Positions 1 through 11,461 of a stretch of 54,636 nucleotides of DNA are shown here, in pieces (positions within the stretch are counted from its first letter, which is position 1; every line of letters begins with the position of its first letter). Origin of the DNA: Chiloscyllium plagiosum (taxonomy: Eukaryota); contig NC_057749.1 in assembly GCF_004010195.1 (NCBI RefSeq), positions 20,149,663-20,204,298 of the forward strand, read 5' to 3'. Below the pieces are notes generated by a model that saw only the letters and a program-made list of their open reading frames with translations, had not been told where the DNA came from and made no database searches. The position numbers and the translations under genes were made by a program.

Positions 1-284
1 CTTAGCTGGTGTCCATTCCCTTTGTTTCCTCTTCTGGCTTCATGTACTAATGGAGTACAAAGCATGACCAAAGAGGACAGGCAGAGTTAATGTGCGAATC
101 AACCAGGCTCAAAATAACTAACTGAACAAACTCAAGCTCAGAGGGAAGTTACAACTTGAATTTATGTTGCGTCCTTTTTAAAGGAGAATAATATCCTGAG
201 TTGCTTTAGAAGTCTGAGGTAAATGACTGCTGAACCACAGCAAGTGAGATGAACAGGTGTGAGGGTTCAGGTGGTGTTTAAACT

Positions 285-1236
285 GGTGTTTTGTCTGGTG
301 GGTGAAACTAGGACAAGAGGGCATAGCCTCAAGATTAGAGGGAGCAGTTTTAGGACTGGATTAGAACATAGAAAAGTACAGCACAGAACAGGCTCTTTGG
401 CCCATGATGTCGTGCCGAGAATTATTCCTAACCTAAAATAAAATAACCTAACCTACACACCTCTCAATTCACTACTGTCAATATGCATGTCCAGCAGCCA
501 CTTAAATGCCCCTAATAACTCTGCTTCCACCACCACAGTTGGCAGCGCATTCCATACATTCACAACTCTCTGCGTGAAGAACCTTCCTCTGATGTCTCCT
601 CTATACCTTTCTCCTAATATCTTAAAACTATGACCCCTCGTGCCAGTCAATCCTCCCCGGGGGGAAAGTCTCTGGTTATTGACTCTATCCATGCCTCTCA
701 TTACCTTGTATACCTTGATCACCTCTCTTCCTCCTCCTCTCCTGGGAGAAAAGTCTGAGCTTAGTCAACCTCTCTTCGTAAGTCAAGTCCTCCAGTCCAG
801 CAGCATCCTGGTAAACCTTCTTTGCACCCTCTCCAGAGCCTCTGTATCTTTCCTATAGTAGGGCAACCAGAGCTGGGCACAATATTCCAAGTGTGGTCAC
901 ACCAGGGACTTGTAAAACTACACCAAAACCTCTCGGTTCTTAAGCTCGATCCCCCTGTGAATGAAAGCCAGAAGACCATATGCTTGAGAAGGAGCTTCTT
1001 CATGGAGGGCTGTAAATCTATAGCATTCCTTGCCCAGTTAAGTGTTAATGCTCCTTCAGTCAATGCTTTTAAAGCTGAGAGTTTTTTATGAACAATAAAG
1101 GCATTAAGGGATACGATGAGAACGTGGATAAGCGGAAAGCTGAGTCCACAAAAAGATCAGCCATGATCTTATTAAATGGTAGAGCAGGCTCGAAGGGCCA
1201 GATGACCAACTCCTGCTCCTGGTTCTGATGTTCTTG
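285..1236 (+). mobile_element. CR1/HER1 LINE 3' fragment, split by another CR1 inserted at about 361-985
   Basis: TRGHSLKIRG motif at 305-345; sequence resumes at about 985 and runs into a CR1 3' UTR. Confidence 0.75.
361..985 (-). mobile_element. CR1/HER1 LINE 3' fragment
   Basis: ORF 453..722 has KVMRGMDRV, TRGHSFK and FFTQRVVNVWNALP, the CR1 ORF2 C-terminus. Confidence 0.9.
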
Positions 1237-1519
1237 AAGAACACGGCTGTAAGAATGAAGTGGCATGGGACATGAGCGTGGATGGTACAACTACCAATGG
1301 AAGAATGAGGTTGGGTCTGAGGAGGGGAGTGGTTTAGGTGTGCAAAGTCACAATGCAGTTTGTTTTGGATGGGAAGGTAAGGGCTGTGAATTCTGCAGTG
1401 ATAGTGGGGTGTTGAGGAGAGCCTACAGAGGTGGTCTCAATGAGGCCTTGGGGAAGGAGTGCCAGTATTAGCCTGAAAGTACAAAGGGTAATTGAGAGTC
1501 AGTGCAGGTGTCTTCCACA

Positions 1520-1730
1520 AGCTGGAATTCTGGTTGACTGACCTGTAAGAGCATCTGGAGACATAGAGGACATGTGTATTTGTATCTTTGGATTAATGTC
1601 AGTTTTCTTGTTTGACACATCTATGCAGTGCCTTGGGGCACCCGACTGTGTTACAGATGCCTCTATAAGCACAAGCTGTTGCATTTGCTACTTACGAGAG
1701 GCTGCAGGGTTAACGCCACAGTTTGTTGCT
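1520..1730 (-). mobile_element. Degraded Deu-domain (SacSINE1-like) SINE fragment
   Basis: Weak similarity to the copies at 6438 and 19380. Confidence 0.35.
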
Positions 1731-2469
1731 GTGTCCATGCTTCTGCGTAGAATGTAGAACTGTCACGTGTAAAATCAGCAGGTCTTTGTGATGACTTGAT
1801 ACTACAGCTTAGTTGATCAGTTGATTATTCACACATTCCCAGAGATTGCCGTCTATGCCTATGGTCCTTTAGCACTGGGGATGATGACATAGCAATACCT
1901 GAAGTTGTTGTTCCTTTGTTGTGACAAAGACTTTATGGTCAGTGTCCTGTTTGTATCAGCTAGAAAGGTAACTCTATTCTGCTCTCTATAATCGGGGTAC
2001 CATTGCCTTTATTTGGTTACTTGTGACTACTGGATGTCTCAAACCTCTTTTGAGCCATTAAGATATTTTTGTAATGGACTCCGAATCAATTAAGAATCAT
2101 CAACTCAGAAAAGGCAAATCTAGTCTTAATTTTGGGAATGTCAGGCAAACCAAAGCAGGCAATATGTCTTTGTTCCCTTCATTGTGTTTTGGAAGAACGT
2201 TGTAATTTATCGAAAAGGTAATCTTGAAGAAGGAATAAATTTGATTTTCTCCCAAATAATCCCTCAAGTACATCAGTGACATGATTTTGTGTGTAAAAGA
2301 ATTTTAATTACGAGGAACTTCCATTGCAGAATTTGTGTGAGGATTGGTACTGAATGCGTAACAGTACCAGTATTGAGACTGTCCTGATGGAAGGACCTTA
2401 AGGTTTGCTGGAACTGGCTGAGGGTATTACTGGAGGCTTCTCCATGTGCTTTGTGTTTTTGTTTTTTGT

Positions 2470-2760
2470 TCTTTGCATGACTAACAAGGCCGATGGTTAT
2501 TGTCCATCTCTAATTGTCCTTGAGATGATGGTGGTCAGACCTCTTGAAGTAACTGATTGATTGGTTGGGCCATTTCAGGGAACTGTCATGAGTCAAACAC
2601 ACTGCTGTGGCTCTCGAGTTGCACGTCGGCCAGACTGCGTAAGGATGGAAGATTTTGGTCCCTAACGGTAATTTGTGAATCATTTTTGCAACAAATGTAA
2701 CTGAATTTAATCTCCCAGCTGCTATCGTTAGATTTCAACTTCATGTATCTGAATTCAGGG
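2470..2760 (-). mobile_element. SINE with L2-like 3' tail (family also at 18390, 21545 and 39770)
   Basis: Shared ttattgcccatccctaattgcccttgag-like tail and the same internal body. Confidence 0.55.
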
Positions 2761-2799
2761 CTCCCTCAGGATTAAAGTACATATCTTTATTTATATATA

Positions 2800-3113
2800 T
2801 AGCCTTGCAACACCTGGGACTAGTTCGATTTCAGCCTTAGGCGACAATCTGTGTGAAATTTGCACATTCTCCCCGTGTCTGCATGGGTTTCCTCCAGGTG
2901 CTCTGGTTTCCTCCCACAGTCCAAAGATGTGCAGGTTAGGTGGATTGGCAATGCTAAATTGCCCGTAGTGTTTAGGGGATGCGTAGGCTAGGTACATGTC
3001 AGTGAAAATGTAACGTAATAGGATAGGGGAATGGGTCTAGGTGGGTTACTCATCAGAGGGTCAGTGTGGACTTGTTGGGCCGAATAGCCTGTTTCCACAC
3101 TGTAAGGATTCTG
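2800..3113 (+). mobile_element. HE1-type V-SINE (tRNA-derived head, V domain, HER1/CR1 3' tail)
   Basis: V core tgcacattctccccgtgtctgcatgggtttcctcc; tail ggacttgttgggccgaa...cctgtttccacactgta. Confidence 0.9.
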
Positions 3114-3757
3114 CGATGATACCGACTAATGGTTGGTATTTTGTATGGCACAAGCTCAACCTTTAGCTACAAAAATGCAAACTTATTGTATTCACCACCC
3201 ACTTACTGCTGAAGTCAAGCATACTCTGGTATGAACCTGCCCATTGATAGAATCAGAGAAAAGCGCCTCATTGAAGGTTGCTGTTCAGTTCCTTGTGTTG
3301 GTGCATGTCAACTTGTACTATCAAGATTGCCAACTCATTGAAGCCCATGGTATTCCCACCAATTCTTTCCTCTAATACAGCAATGTGGTATCAGGTAGGA
3401 ATGGCGAATCCACAGTCCAGTTCAACTGGACATGGTTGAGTTTGCAGCAGCTAGAGAATTCAGGGTATTAGGGAAGATCATTGGAACCTGGAGGAAGCTC
3501 TCTCCATAACTGGGGCAGAAGCCTGAGAATAAAGCCCAAGTCCCCATGTACCTGTGCAGGTGTTGTACCTGTCACTTGAAAACATCTCTGGTTTTCCACG
3601 ATGACTATTTGGTCTAGAACAGCTTGATATCTTTGCTTCGCCTATGGCTGTGGAATAAGAGGTTCTGAGGCTGCCCACTAGAATGTGAATGAAAGGTGGA
3701 AACTGTAATATTGCACTCTCTCTCTCATGTTGCATTTCTGACAAGGATCCATGTTGA

Positions 3758-3908
3758 CAGATAACGCCTAAAATAGGATGCCTGAGAGGAGGGGATGAAA
3801 CCTTGCACTGGATTGAACTTTGGTTTAAACGCTGCTGAAACTGAGAGTGTTAAGTAGGGCATCCCGGAGATCAGTTTCAGGCCTTCTCTGTTTAATACAG
3901 GCCAAATG
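3758..3908 (-). repeat. Unclassified ~150-bp repeat, copy A (inverted partner at 4753-4901)
   Basis: Reverse complement aligns to 4753-4901 (ggcctgtattaaacag...cctgaaactgatctccgggatgcc...gttcaa.ccagtgcaagg...ggcatcct). Confidence 0.85.
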
Positions 3909-4519
3909 GCATACACTCTGGTATTGGAAACAATACCTTCTCAATTCACTGACATTTGAACAGGAGGTGAAGCAGCAGTAATTCCGGTCAAGTGAAACCA
4001 TGACTGTTACCTTTAAACTTTTTGATCCTTTGTACTCACTCCAGGGTTCACAGTTTCCATGTTCTACATACTGGCCTCTAAGTGTTTACTCCTCCTTCAG
4101 AATGTGTACATTCCTCAACATTTTACATAGCCAGGCATGTCCTGTGTGCCTGTTTGATGCTTTAAGGGTTCTTGCTACAACTTGGCATTGATTAAGTGTA
4201 ACATGGAATGTGAAACATGTTAATTACCACGGTTACCCATACTGAAAGGTTAACAGTTTTTGTGTAGATCAGCCAGGCTGGTGGTACATTGTGAATTGCC
4301 AGCTCCCAGAGTGAGTGCATGCCAGGTTTCTAACAGTCAAAGCTGACGAATTAGTCTCTGAGAAGAGAGAAGTAAAGGGGGGGTGTCAGTTGCTCTTGTA
4401 CAAGTTGGAATAACTCTGATAGTCTCCTGTCATCAATACGTTTCTCAGGCTCAAGAAAGGTGCAAAGGAAAAACGTGGGGTTGGAATTCTTGTAAATATT
4501 TTCCTGCTATACGAATGCA

Positions 4520-4745
4520 CAGAATTGTTGCAAGACAGAATGAGTCCATTCAGCCTGTCACGTCAGTCTGGCTCTCTGAATGAGCATTTCATTTGATATC
4601 ATTCTCCACACCCCCCTTTCCCACAATCCTACGCATTGATCCTTTCCAGATAAGAGTGTGATTCCATCTTGAATGCTTTGAGCCTGCTGTCACCACACAC
4701 TCAAAGGCAGTGCATTCCATATCCTACCACTCGCTGTTTGAAAGT
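4520..4745 (-). mobile_element. Old CR1 3' fragment
   Basis: ggcagtgcattccatatcctaccactcgctg is the antisense of the RVV..WNAL region. Confidence 0.6.
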
Positions 4746-4752
4746 GTTTGTT

Positions 4753-4901
4753 CATATTGGCCTGTATTAAACAGAAGAGGATCCTGAAACTGATCTCCGG
4801 GATGCCGTACTTAGTCTTGGTTTCAGCAGCTTTTACATTAAAGTTCAAGCCAGTGCAAGGATTAACATCCTCTGAGGCATCCTGTTTTAGCTGTTATTTT
4901 G
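4753..4901 (+). repeat. Unclassified ~150-bp repeat, copy B
   Basis: Inverted copy of 3758-3908. Confidence 0.85.
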
Positions 4902-5344
4902 CTTTTTTCCCCCAATTTCTTTTCTTAAATCATCCCCCTCTTTTTCTCAAGTTCTAGATCTCCTATCATAGAGGCAGATCATTGGTGGGGCAGACAGATG
5001 TTTTGTGACTGACTCTCGTTCCTCTCCTGAGTCCAACCTCTTGCGTTTGCAAGGAGCCGAGTACTGAGGCCTGGTGAGAGCTAGGGCACTTATTGCAATC
5101 TCTTCAGAAATGCCAGTGTTTCCTGACAAGCTATATTGATTGATCAGGAGTCAAGTGTAGGGAGAAAGTGCTGATCGTGTGAAAACGGACACTAAAACTA
5201 TTACAGTATTAAAAATCTGTGATCAATATAATACAAGGTCTGCATTCCTATTGCTTCCTTATGAAACTGGAAAATATAATTGTGGTTAATCAAAAAACAA
5301 ACTGACGTCAGTGCTGCAGCTGAAACCATTGAAACCATTTTGAG

Positions 5345-6247
5345 GATAAAGTATAAGTTCCTTGAAAGTGGAGTCACAGACAGGGTGGTGCAGAAGGCTT
5401 TTGGCATACTTGCCTTGGTTTGTCAGAATGTTGAGCATAACAGTTGGGATGTCATTGTTGCGGCTATACAGGATATTTGTTAGCGTGAAGAGTATGGTGC
5501 TGGAAAAGCACAGCAGGTCAGGCAGCATCCGAGGAGCAGGAGAATGGATGTTTCGGGCATTAGGTGCTCATCAGGGTTTCCTGATGAAGGGCTTATGCTT
5601 GAAACGTCGATTCTCCTGTTCCTTTGATGCTGCCTGACCTGCTGTGCTTTTCTAGCACCACACTCTCGACTCTGATCTCCAGCATCTGCAGTCCTCACTT
5701 TCTCCTAGGATATTGGTTAGGCCACTTTTAGAATATGGTGTACAATTCTGGTCTTCCTTCTATGTGAAGGACGTTGAACCTGAGGGTGCAGAAAACATTT
5801 ACAAGGACGTTGCCAGGTTTGAGCTGGAGGAAGAGTCTGAATAGGCTATGGCTATTTGGAGCGTCAGAGGCTGAGGGGTGACCATGTGGAGAATTATAAA
5901 GTTAAGAGAGGCATGGACAGGGTGAATAGTCAAGATCTTTTCCTAAGGTGGGAGAGTCCACGACTAGAGGGCATAGGTTTGAGGTGAGAGGGGAAAGATT
6001 GAAAAAGGACCTGAGGGGTAACTTTTTCACGCAGAAGGTGGTGTATGTATGGAATGAGCTGCCAGAGGAAGTGGTGGAGATAGGTTCAATTACAGCATTT
6101 TCAAGGTTTCTGGGTGGATGTATAATTAGGAAGGGTTTAGAGGGATATGGGCCGAATGCTGGCAAATTGGTCTAGATCAGTTTAGAATATCAGGTCAGTA
6201 TAGACAAGTTGGGCTAAAGGATTTATTTCTATGCTGTATGACTCTAA
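5345..6247 (+). mobile_element. CR1/HER1 LINE 3' fragment, interrupted by a Penelope-derived palindrome
   Basis: ORF 5948..6175 has TRGHRFEVRG and FFTQKVVYVWNELP. Confidence 0.9.
5484..5706 (+). mobile_element. Fold-back Penelope-derived mini-element (family A) with hammerhead core
   Basis: Inverted arms of about 90 bp plus a 3' tail. 14-bp TSD aggatatt(t/g)gttag at 5470-5483 and 5707-5720. Core CTGATGA-AGGGC-TTAT-GCTT-GAAA-CG-TC at 5581-5608. Confidence 0.85.
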
Positions 6248-6249
6248 AG

Positions 6250-6362
6250 GTCAAAAATTGCACGACATCCTGTTATTGTCCAACAGGTTTATTTGAAAAC
6301 ACCAGCTTTTGGAGTCTTGCTCCTCCTTCAGGTGCTGGAATGCCAGCATCTCCACACCATGG
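6250..6362. mobile_element. Truncated Penelope-derived mini-element (family B)
   Basis: gtccaacaggtttatttg...gcttttggag and tail ccagcatctccacaccat match the 26941 element. Confidence 0.65.
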
Positions 6363-6437
6363 CTACCATTGACTCAAAGTGATTGATGAGCTCAATAATC
6401 ATTGGAAAAATGTGTCACACATCTTTAATGATGTACT

Positions 6438-6830
6438 GCGGTGACTCAGTGAGCAACACGCTCTCCTCCTGAATCAGCAGATTATGGGTTCGAGTCCCAC
6501 TCGGAGGTTGCAGTGCAAATGATTGAGGCTGACACTGTTGGTGCCTTATTAGAGGAAGACTGTTTGAGGTGTCTCCTTTCAGGACCCCATCAAACAGGTC
6601 CCCGACACTCTGTCAGATGGATACAAAATATTTTCAATAATGGATATCAGTTCTCCTGGTTTACTGATTGTGTGTCCCTCAGCCGACATTGTAAAAGAAG
6701 ATTGTCTCGATGTTATTGTCCTGCTGTTACTGGATGTTTTTGTGCCAGTGTTGCAACAATTACTGTACATCATTGATTTAAAGGTGCTTTGTGATGTCTT
6801 AAGGTTGCAAAAGACAGTATGGGATTGGAA
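6438..6830 (+). mobile_element. Deu-domain SINE (SacSINE1-like)
   Basis: tRNA-like head with B box ggttcgagtccc, followed by a Deu-like core. Confidence 0.65.
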
Positions 6831-7102
6831 ACTGCTTCTGTGCAGCAGCCTCTTCACCAGATTGTCTGCCTCCTTTCTTTCCTTGGATGATGCAAGACCG
6901 TACTAAATAGGAACTGAATGACTGCAGGAGAGCGAGAGTTGGAGTAGTGGGGATGGGAGTCTGTAGGTGGGAAGACTTAGGATCTCCCAGGTTTCCAGCA
7001 GCAGTTTATCGGAAAACTCATCTTGCGATTCCAGAGATGCGTGGGGCCAACCAAATCATTGACTCAAGGCAGGACTTCTGGAGTTGAAGTTCTTGAAGCT
7101 TT

Positions 7103-7165
7103 CCACCAGTCTGTTTAAACAACTATTCCCCCCCCCCCACCGTCTGTTTAAACAACTATTCCCCA
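7103..7165. repeat. Short tandem duplication (~33-bp unit) around a poly-C tract
   Basis: gtctgtttaaacaactattcccc occurs twice. Confidence 0.85.
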
Positions 7166-7592
7166 GGGATGGGTGTTAGAAAAGCCAATGTGGATTTTGG
7201 ATTGCTTTAAGGAAGAGATGCTAAATGCAAATTAATTATCCCACAATGACGATGCCCACTTGGATGGTCAATACAGTCTACACTAAATGTGCATCAATAT
7301 CTGAAACATTGTCAGTGATTCAGACCAATAACAAGACGTGTTCTAGCATATCGGCCTTTAAGTTATGTTGGGCAACGTTCAAAGTTGGACTTTCTTTTTG
7401 GGTTGAATGGGACTCAGACAGGCCTGCTGCAGAGCTTCAGAATGGAGAGGGGGAAACTGGATAACATGATGGGAGCTAAAATGCTTAACTTCTATTGTTA
7501 ATGAAGAACATGCCAATAAACAAGTTTCAAGCAAGGTTGGCTTTGTGGAAATAGATATTCTCAGTCAGCCTGTGTAGAAACATTATTATACA

Positions 7593-8240
7593 TGTTATGG
7601 ACCAGGCCAGACCCCCCTCAAAACATTTCAAGAAAGTAGCCCAGACCCTAACTTTGCTCGCTGTTTTAAGCAGGTATAACATGGGTATTCCAGGAGGAAT
7701 GCCTTTGGTCAAACAATGTAGTTTTAAACAAAACAGAATCTATTTAGAAGATTTCCGAATGAAACACAAACAAAAGAGAACAAAATACTGAAAAGCTTAA
7801 CCTATCTGAAAACCCAACAGATTATCCCAACTTAATGTTATTGTTCCAAATACTAGCAACAATTCCCATAAACACCCCTTGACACAAAAGGTAAAATCAA
7901 ACACAGGGTCTTAGAGGAGAAAAATCAGAGAGATATCAGCATGGACCTGCTTCTTTCGGTCCAGCAGCTTTGAAACTGCCTGACTGCTTTCAGTGTACAG
8001 CCAGACTGCCCAAAACCAAACCAAAGGAAAGCTGAGCGGGGAGAACTGGCTACTCCTTTTTCAATGTACATTTTTTTTTAACGTGAAAGCCTTTTGCTTG
8101 AGGCAGTATCTGTTAGCTATGATCAAATTGGCCCTAAAACCCATCCAAGCCCAGACTTTTCGGAACCTGTATTTTTATAACCTCCTGAGGAAAAAAAACC
8201 AAGGATAACATAACCTTGTTAAAGGCACAGCATCATCACG
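7593..8240 (-). mobile_element. Probable solo LTR (~650 bp)
   Basis: Begins TGTTATG and ends CATCAC(G), imperfect inverted TG..CA-type termini; non-coding; no clean TSD. Confidence 0.5.
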
Positions 8241-8312
8241 CACCTCTGCAGCAGGTGGGACTAGTACCTAGCTGAGACCTCCGTTTGCACAATGCTGTGG
8301 GGGCCTTCTGGT

Positions 8313-8418
8313 TCAGAAACAAGGACAGAAATTGCTAGATAAACTCAGCACGTCTGGTAGCTACTGTCCGGATAGAAATCAGAATTAACATTTCGGGTTA
8401 AGTGACTCTTCCTCAGTA
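8313..8418 (-). mobile_element. Penelope pLTR-derived fragment with degraded hammerhead core
   Basis: Minus strand reads CTGAGGA-agagtcacttaaccc-GAAA-tg-tt. Confidence 0.55.
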
Positions 8419-8639
8419 CTACTATGGAGCCTTCTAGTTCGGAGGTAGGGAAACTACCACAATGCCACAACAGCTCCAATCTTGAGGGAGCACCCTACTT
8501 TTCCTGTCCCACCCGCAGCCATGTACACACTTCCTTGTAATTTATTGGCTAGTTCATTGGGTAATTGGTATATGAACAATCAAGAACCCAGTTGGCAAGC
8601 TTCTTTAAGGGGAGAAAATGGAAGAGCGCTGGGTTCTTC

Positions 8640-8960
8640 CTTCACTATTCATCCACAGGATACAGACTTTCCTGGCTAGGCCAGCTCTTACTGCCCTTCC
8701 CTGCTTACCCGTGGGATGATAGTGGTGAGCTGCATTCTTGAACCATGGCAATCCATGTGGTGTGCACTCACGGTACTGTTGTGGGGTGAAGTTCCAGAAT
8801 TTTGGCCCAGTGACAGTGGAAGAGCAGTGATATTATTTCCAAGTCAGGATGGTGAGTGTGGCTAGCGATGTAGGGGGAGCTTGCAGGTGGTGGTTTTCCC
8901 TATTTGTCTGCTTTCCTTGTCCTTGGTGGTAGACGACGCGGTTTAGGAAGTGCTGATGAG
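8640..8960 (-). mobile_element. L2-like LINE 3' end (also at 10775-11055, 13838-14075, 23190-23400 and 51995-52515)
   Basis: Shared gaattccag.attttgacccagtga and tttccaagtcaggatggtg blocks. Confidence 0.6.
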
Positions 8961-9422
8961 GGAGTGTGTAATAGGTTTGAAGGTTGTATGGATGAGCGGA
9001 GATGACTACTTTATAAACTATTGTACTGTGTGACTGTTATGAGCATTGCTGCTGTTTGCATGGGACTCTGGGAATTGTCCTGATTTATTTTTGGAATAAC
9101 ATCACAGGTGTCTCTCCGTTTTCCCATGAAAACTACAACCTTGGAGCATGAGACGTCTACTGTTGATACTGGGGGAGTCATCATCAAGACGTTGAGGAAC
9201 TCAGTTGTGAAGTTAACTGAGCACATTCCCCTGAGGGTGTCCCGAGGTCTCAAATGAGTTAAAACTATTAACTTACTGGCGTTCCATCTGAAGATCTTGA
9301 GTATTGTGCTCAGTTCTGTTCACTAACTTCTTCCCACGTGTCACTGGATTATTCTCTCACTTTAGAGATCTGAGTGAGAGCTGATGTGATGGGTTATACC
9401 AGATTGCAAATACAATAGTAAT

Positions 9423-10108
9423 GTAACTAGGGTGACCAGAATTGCACACACTGTACCAAAAGTGGCCAACCAATATCCTGTACAGCCGCAACATAACCTC
9501 CCGACTCCTATACTTGATGCTCTGACCAATAAAGGAAAGCATATTAAATGCCGCCTTCACCATTCTATCTACCTGTGATTCCACTTTCAAGGAACTGTGA
9601 ACTTGCATTGTGAAACTTGAAAGGGTTCAGAAAAGATTTATAAGGATGTTGCCAGGGTTGGAGGATTTGAGCTATGGGGAGAGGTTGAACAGGCTGGGGC
9701 TGTTTTCCCTGGAGCATCAGAGGCTGAGGGGTGACCTTATAGAGGTTTATAAAATCATGAGGGGCATGGATAGGGTAAATAGACAAAGTCTTTTCCTTGG
9801 GTTGGGGGAGTCCAGAACTAGAGGGCATAGGTTTAGGCTGAGAGGGGAAAGATTTAAAAGGGAGCTAAAGGGCAACTTATTCACGCAAAGTATGATGCAT
9901 ATTTGGAATGAACTGCCAGAGGAAGTGGTGGAGACTGGTAGAATTATAAACCTTTAAAAGGGAACTGGATGGGTATATGAATAGGAAGGGTTTAGAGGGA
10001 TATGGGTCAAGTGCTCGCAAATGAGACTAGATTACGTTGGGATATCTGGTCGATATGGACAAGTTGGACCAAAGGGTCTGTTTCCATACTGTACATCTCC
10101 ATGACACT
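9423..10108 (+). mobile_element. CR1/HER1 with 5' inversion (9423-9608 antisense, 9608-10108 sense)
   Basis: ORF 9357..9608(-) QVHSSLKVESQVDR... and ORF 9610..9957(+) KLERVQKRF... are consecutive ORF2 segments. Confidence 0.88.
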
Positions 10109-10419
10109 AAATGTGAAATGGACATTGCCTGGGGAGCATGGAAGAAAAGGACAATTTAGAACTGATGCCAGATAATTCTGCTGTGCAAAGAAATGGACAA
10201 TGTTTCAAATAGACTGTCTGAACTCAGTGGTGGCAGCAGTTCCTCATGAATGAGAATAATTGTCCAGTTAAGAAACTCCGCGTCATTGCTCACGGGTTCT
10301 GTGAGGCCTTGTGTGGCTGCTGAGCCCAATCCTAGAGCCACAACTCGAACCTCACATTTGGCAGGTGTTTATCTAGGAATTACCCTTGACCTTGAACATT
10401 CCTTTCTCCAGTTTCTTTT

Positions 10420-10545
10420 CTGTGCTTCCTCTTGCTGATGGGAATTCTCAAAGATTTGTATCCCTTCACACAGGAGTGTCCTCCAAGTTGGTGTCTTCTG
10501 AATGAGGGCCTTCCATGTGTTGATATCTGTGTTGCATTGACATTG
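10420..10545 (-). mobile_element. Ancient RTE-clade LINE C-terminal fragment
   Basis: Minus strand translates DINTWKALIQKTPTWRTLLCEGIQIFE, resembling the RTE W..LA.DR..WR motif. Confidence 0.5.
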
Positions 10546-10774
10546 CTGCTGATGGAGTAGCGACGATGCGTACCCAGAATTTTTTTAAAATGTGGTGGCG
10601 AAGGTGCATTTTTTTTTTTGACCCTCCTCATTCGTCGATATCTTGCAGCAGTGAATCAGGCAGAATCCTGGCCGCCTCTGCACCATGCACCCGGTCATAG
10701 CACCTTCCTTTGCAGTGTCAACATCTGCTTACATTTAGAAGTGGCTCTAAGAGGAATAGCATTAGTAATTTTTA

Positions 10775-11055
10775 AAATTCACTCATGGGATGTAGGTGCC
10801 GCTGTCTGATCAGCATTTACTGCCAGTACCTAATTGGTCCTTGAGAAGGTGATGGTGAGCTGCTGTAGTTCACGTGCTGTAGGTGGACTGAGAATGCCCT
10901 GAAGGAGGGAATTCCAGGGTTTTGACCCAGTGATGTGAAGGAATGATATTTCCAAGTCAGGATGGTGAGTAACTTAGAGAGGAACTTGGAGGTTTTGGTA
11001 TTTCCATATATCTGCTGTCCTTATCCTTCCAGATTGAAGTGGTCATGGGTTTGGA
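10775..11055 (-). mobile_element. L2-like LINE 3' end
   Basis: attcactcatgggatgtagg...cttgagaaggtgatggtgagc. Confidence 0.6.
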
Positions 11056-11147
11056 TTCTGTATTCGTGGATTAAGAACTCTTAATCAGATACTTTCACAC
11101 CTAAAGCCATTGCTTTAGTGTTTTAGAAGCATTGATTGCAGGCGCTC

Positions 11148-11356
11148 ACAAGTCTCTGCTATAGCATGTTTAGTTAAGGCGAATTCGCTGTAACACAATT
11201 GATGTATTAGAGACACTATTTCTAAAGCACAAACTTTTAAAAGGTGTGTGGCTGTAAAGTGATTACAACAGATTAAGCGCTATTTCAAAAGCGTGATTTT
11301 TCTAGAACATGGGGTTGCGCAAGAATGCAACCATTGTGTTATAGAAGAACTACATA
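11148..11356. mobile_element. Degraded MITE-like DNA transposon
   Basis: Imperfect terminal inverted repeats tctgctatagc / gttatagaagaac; related end tacaggttgttctg at about 12287. Confidence 0.4.
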
Positions 11357-11461
11357 TACCTGATATTAGCAGATGGACAAATGCCAGTGTGCTTGCAGTT
11401 CATGCTCAGTGTGATAGATTTGTCTGTATTAGCAAAATGATTTCTAATATAAGTATAGAAA

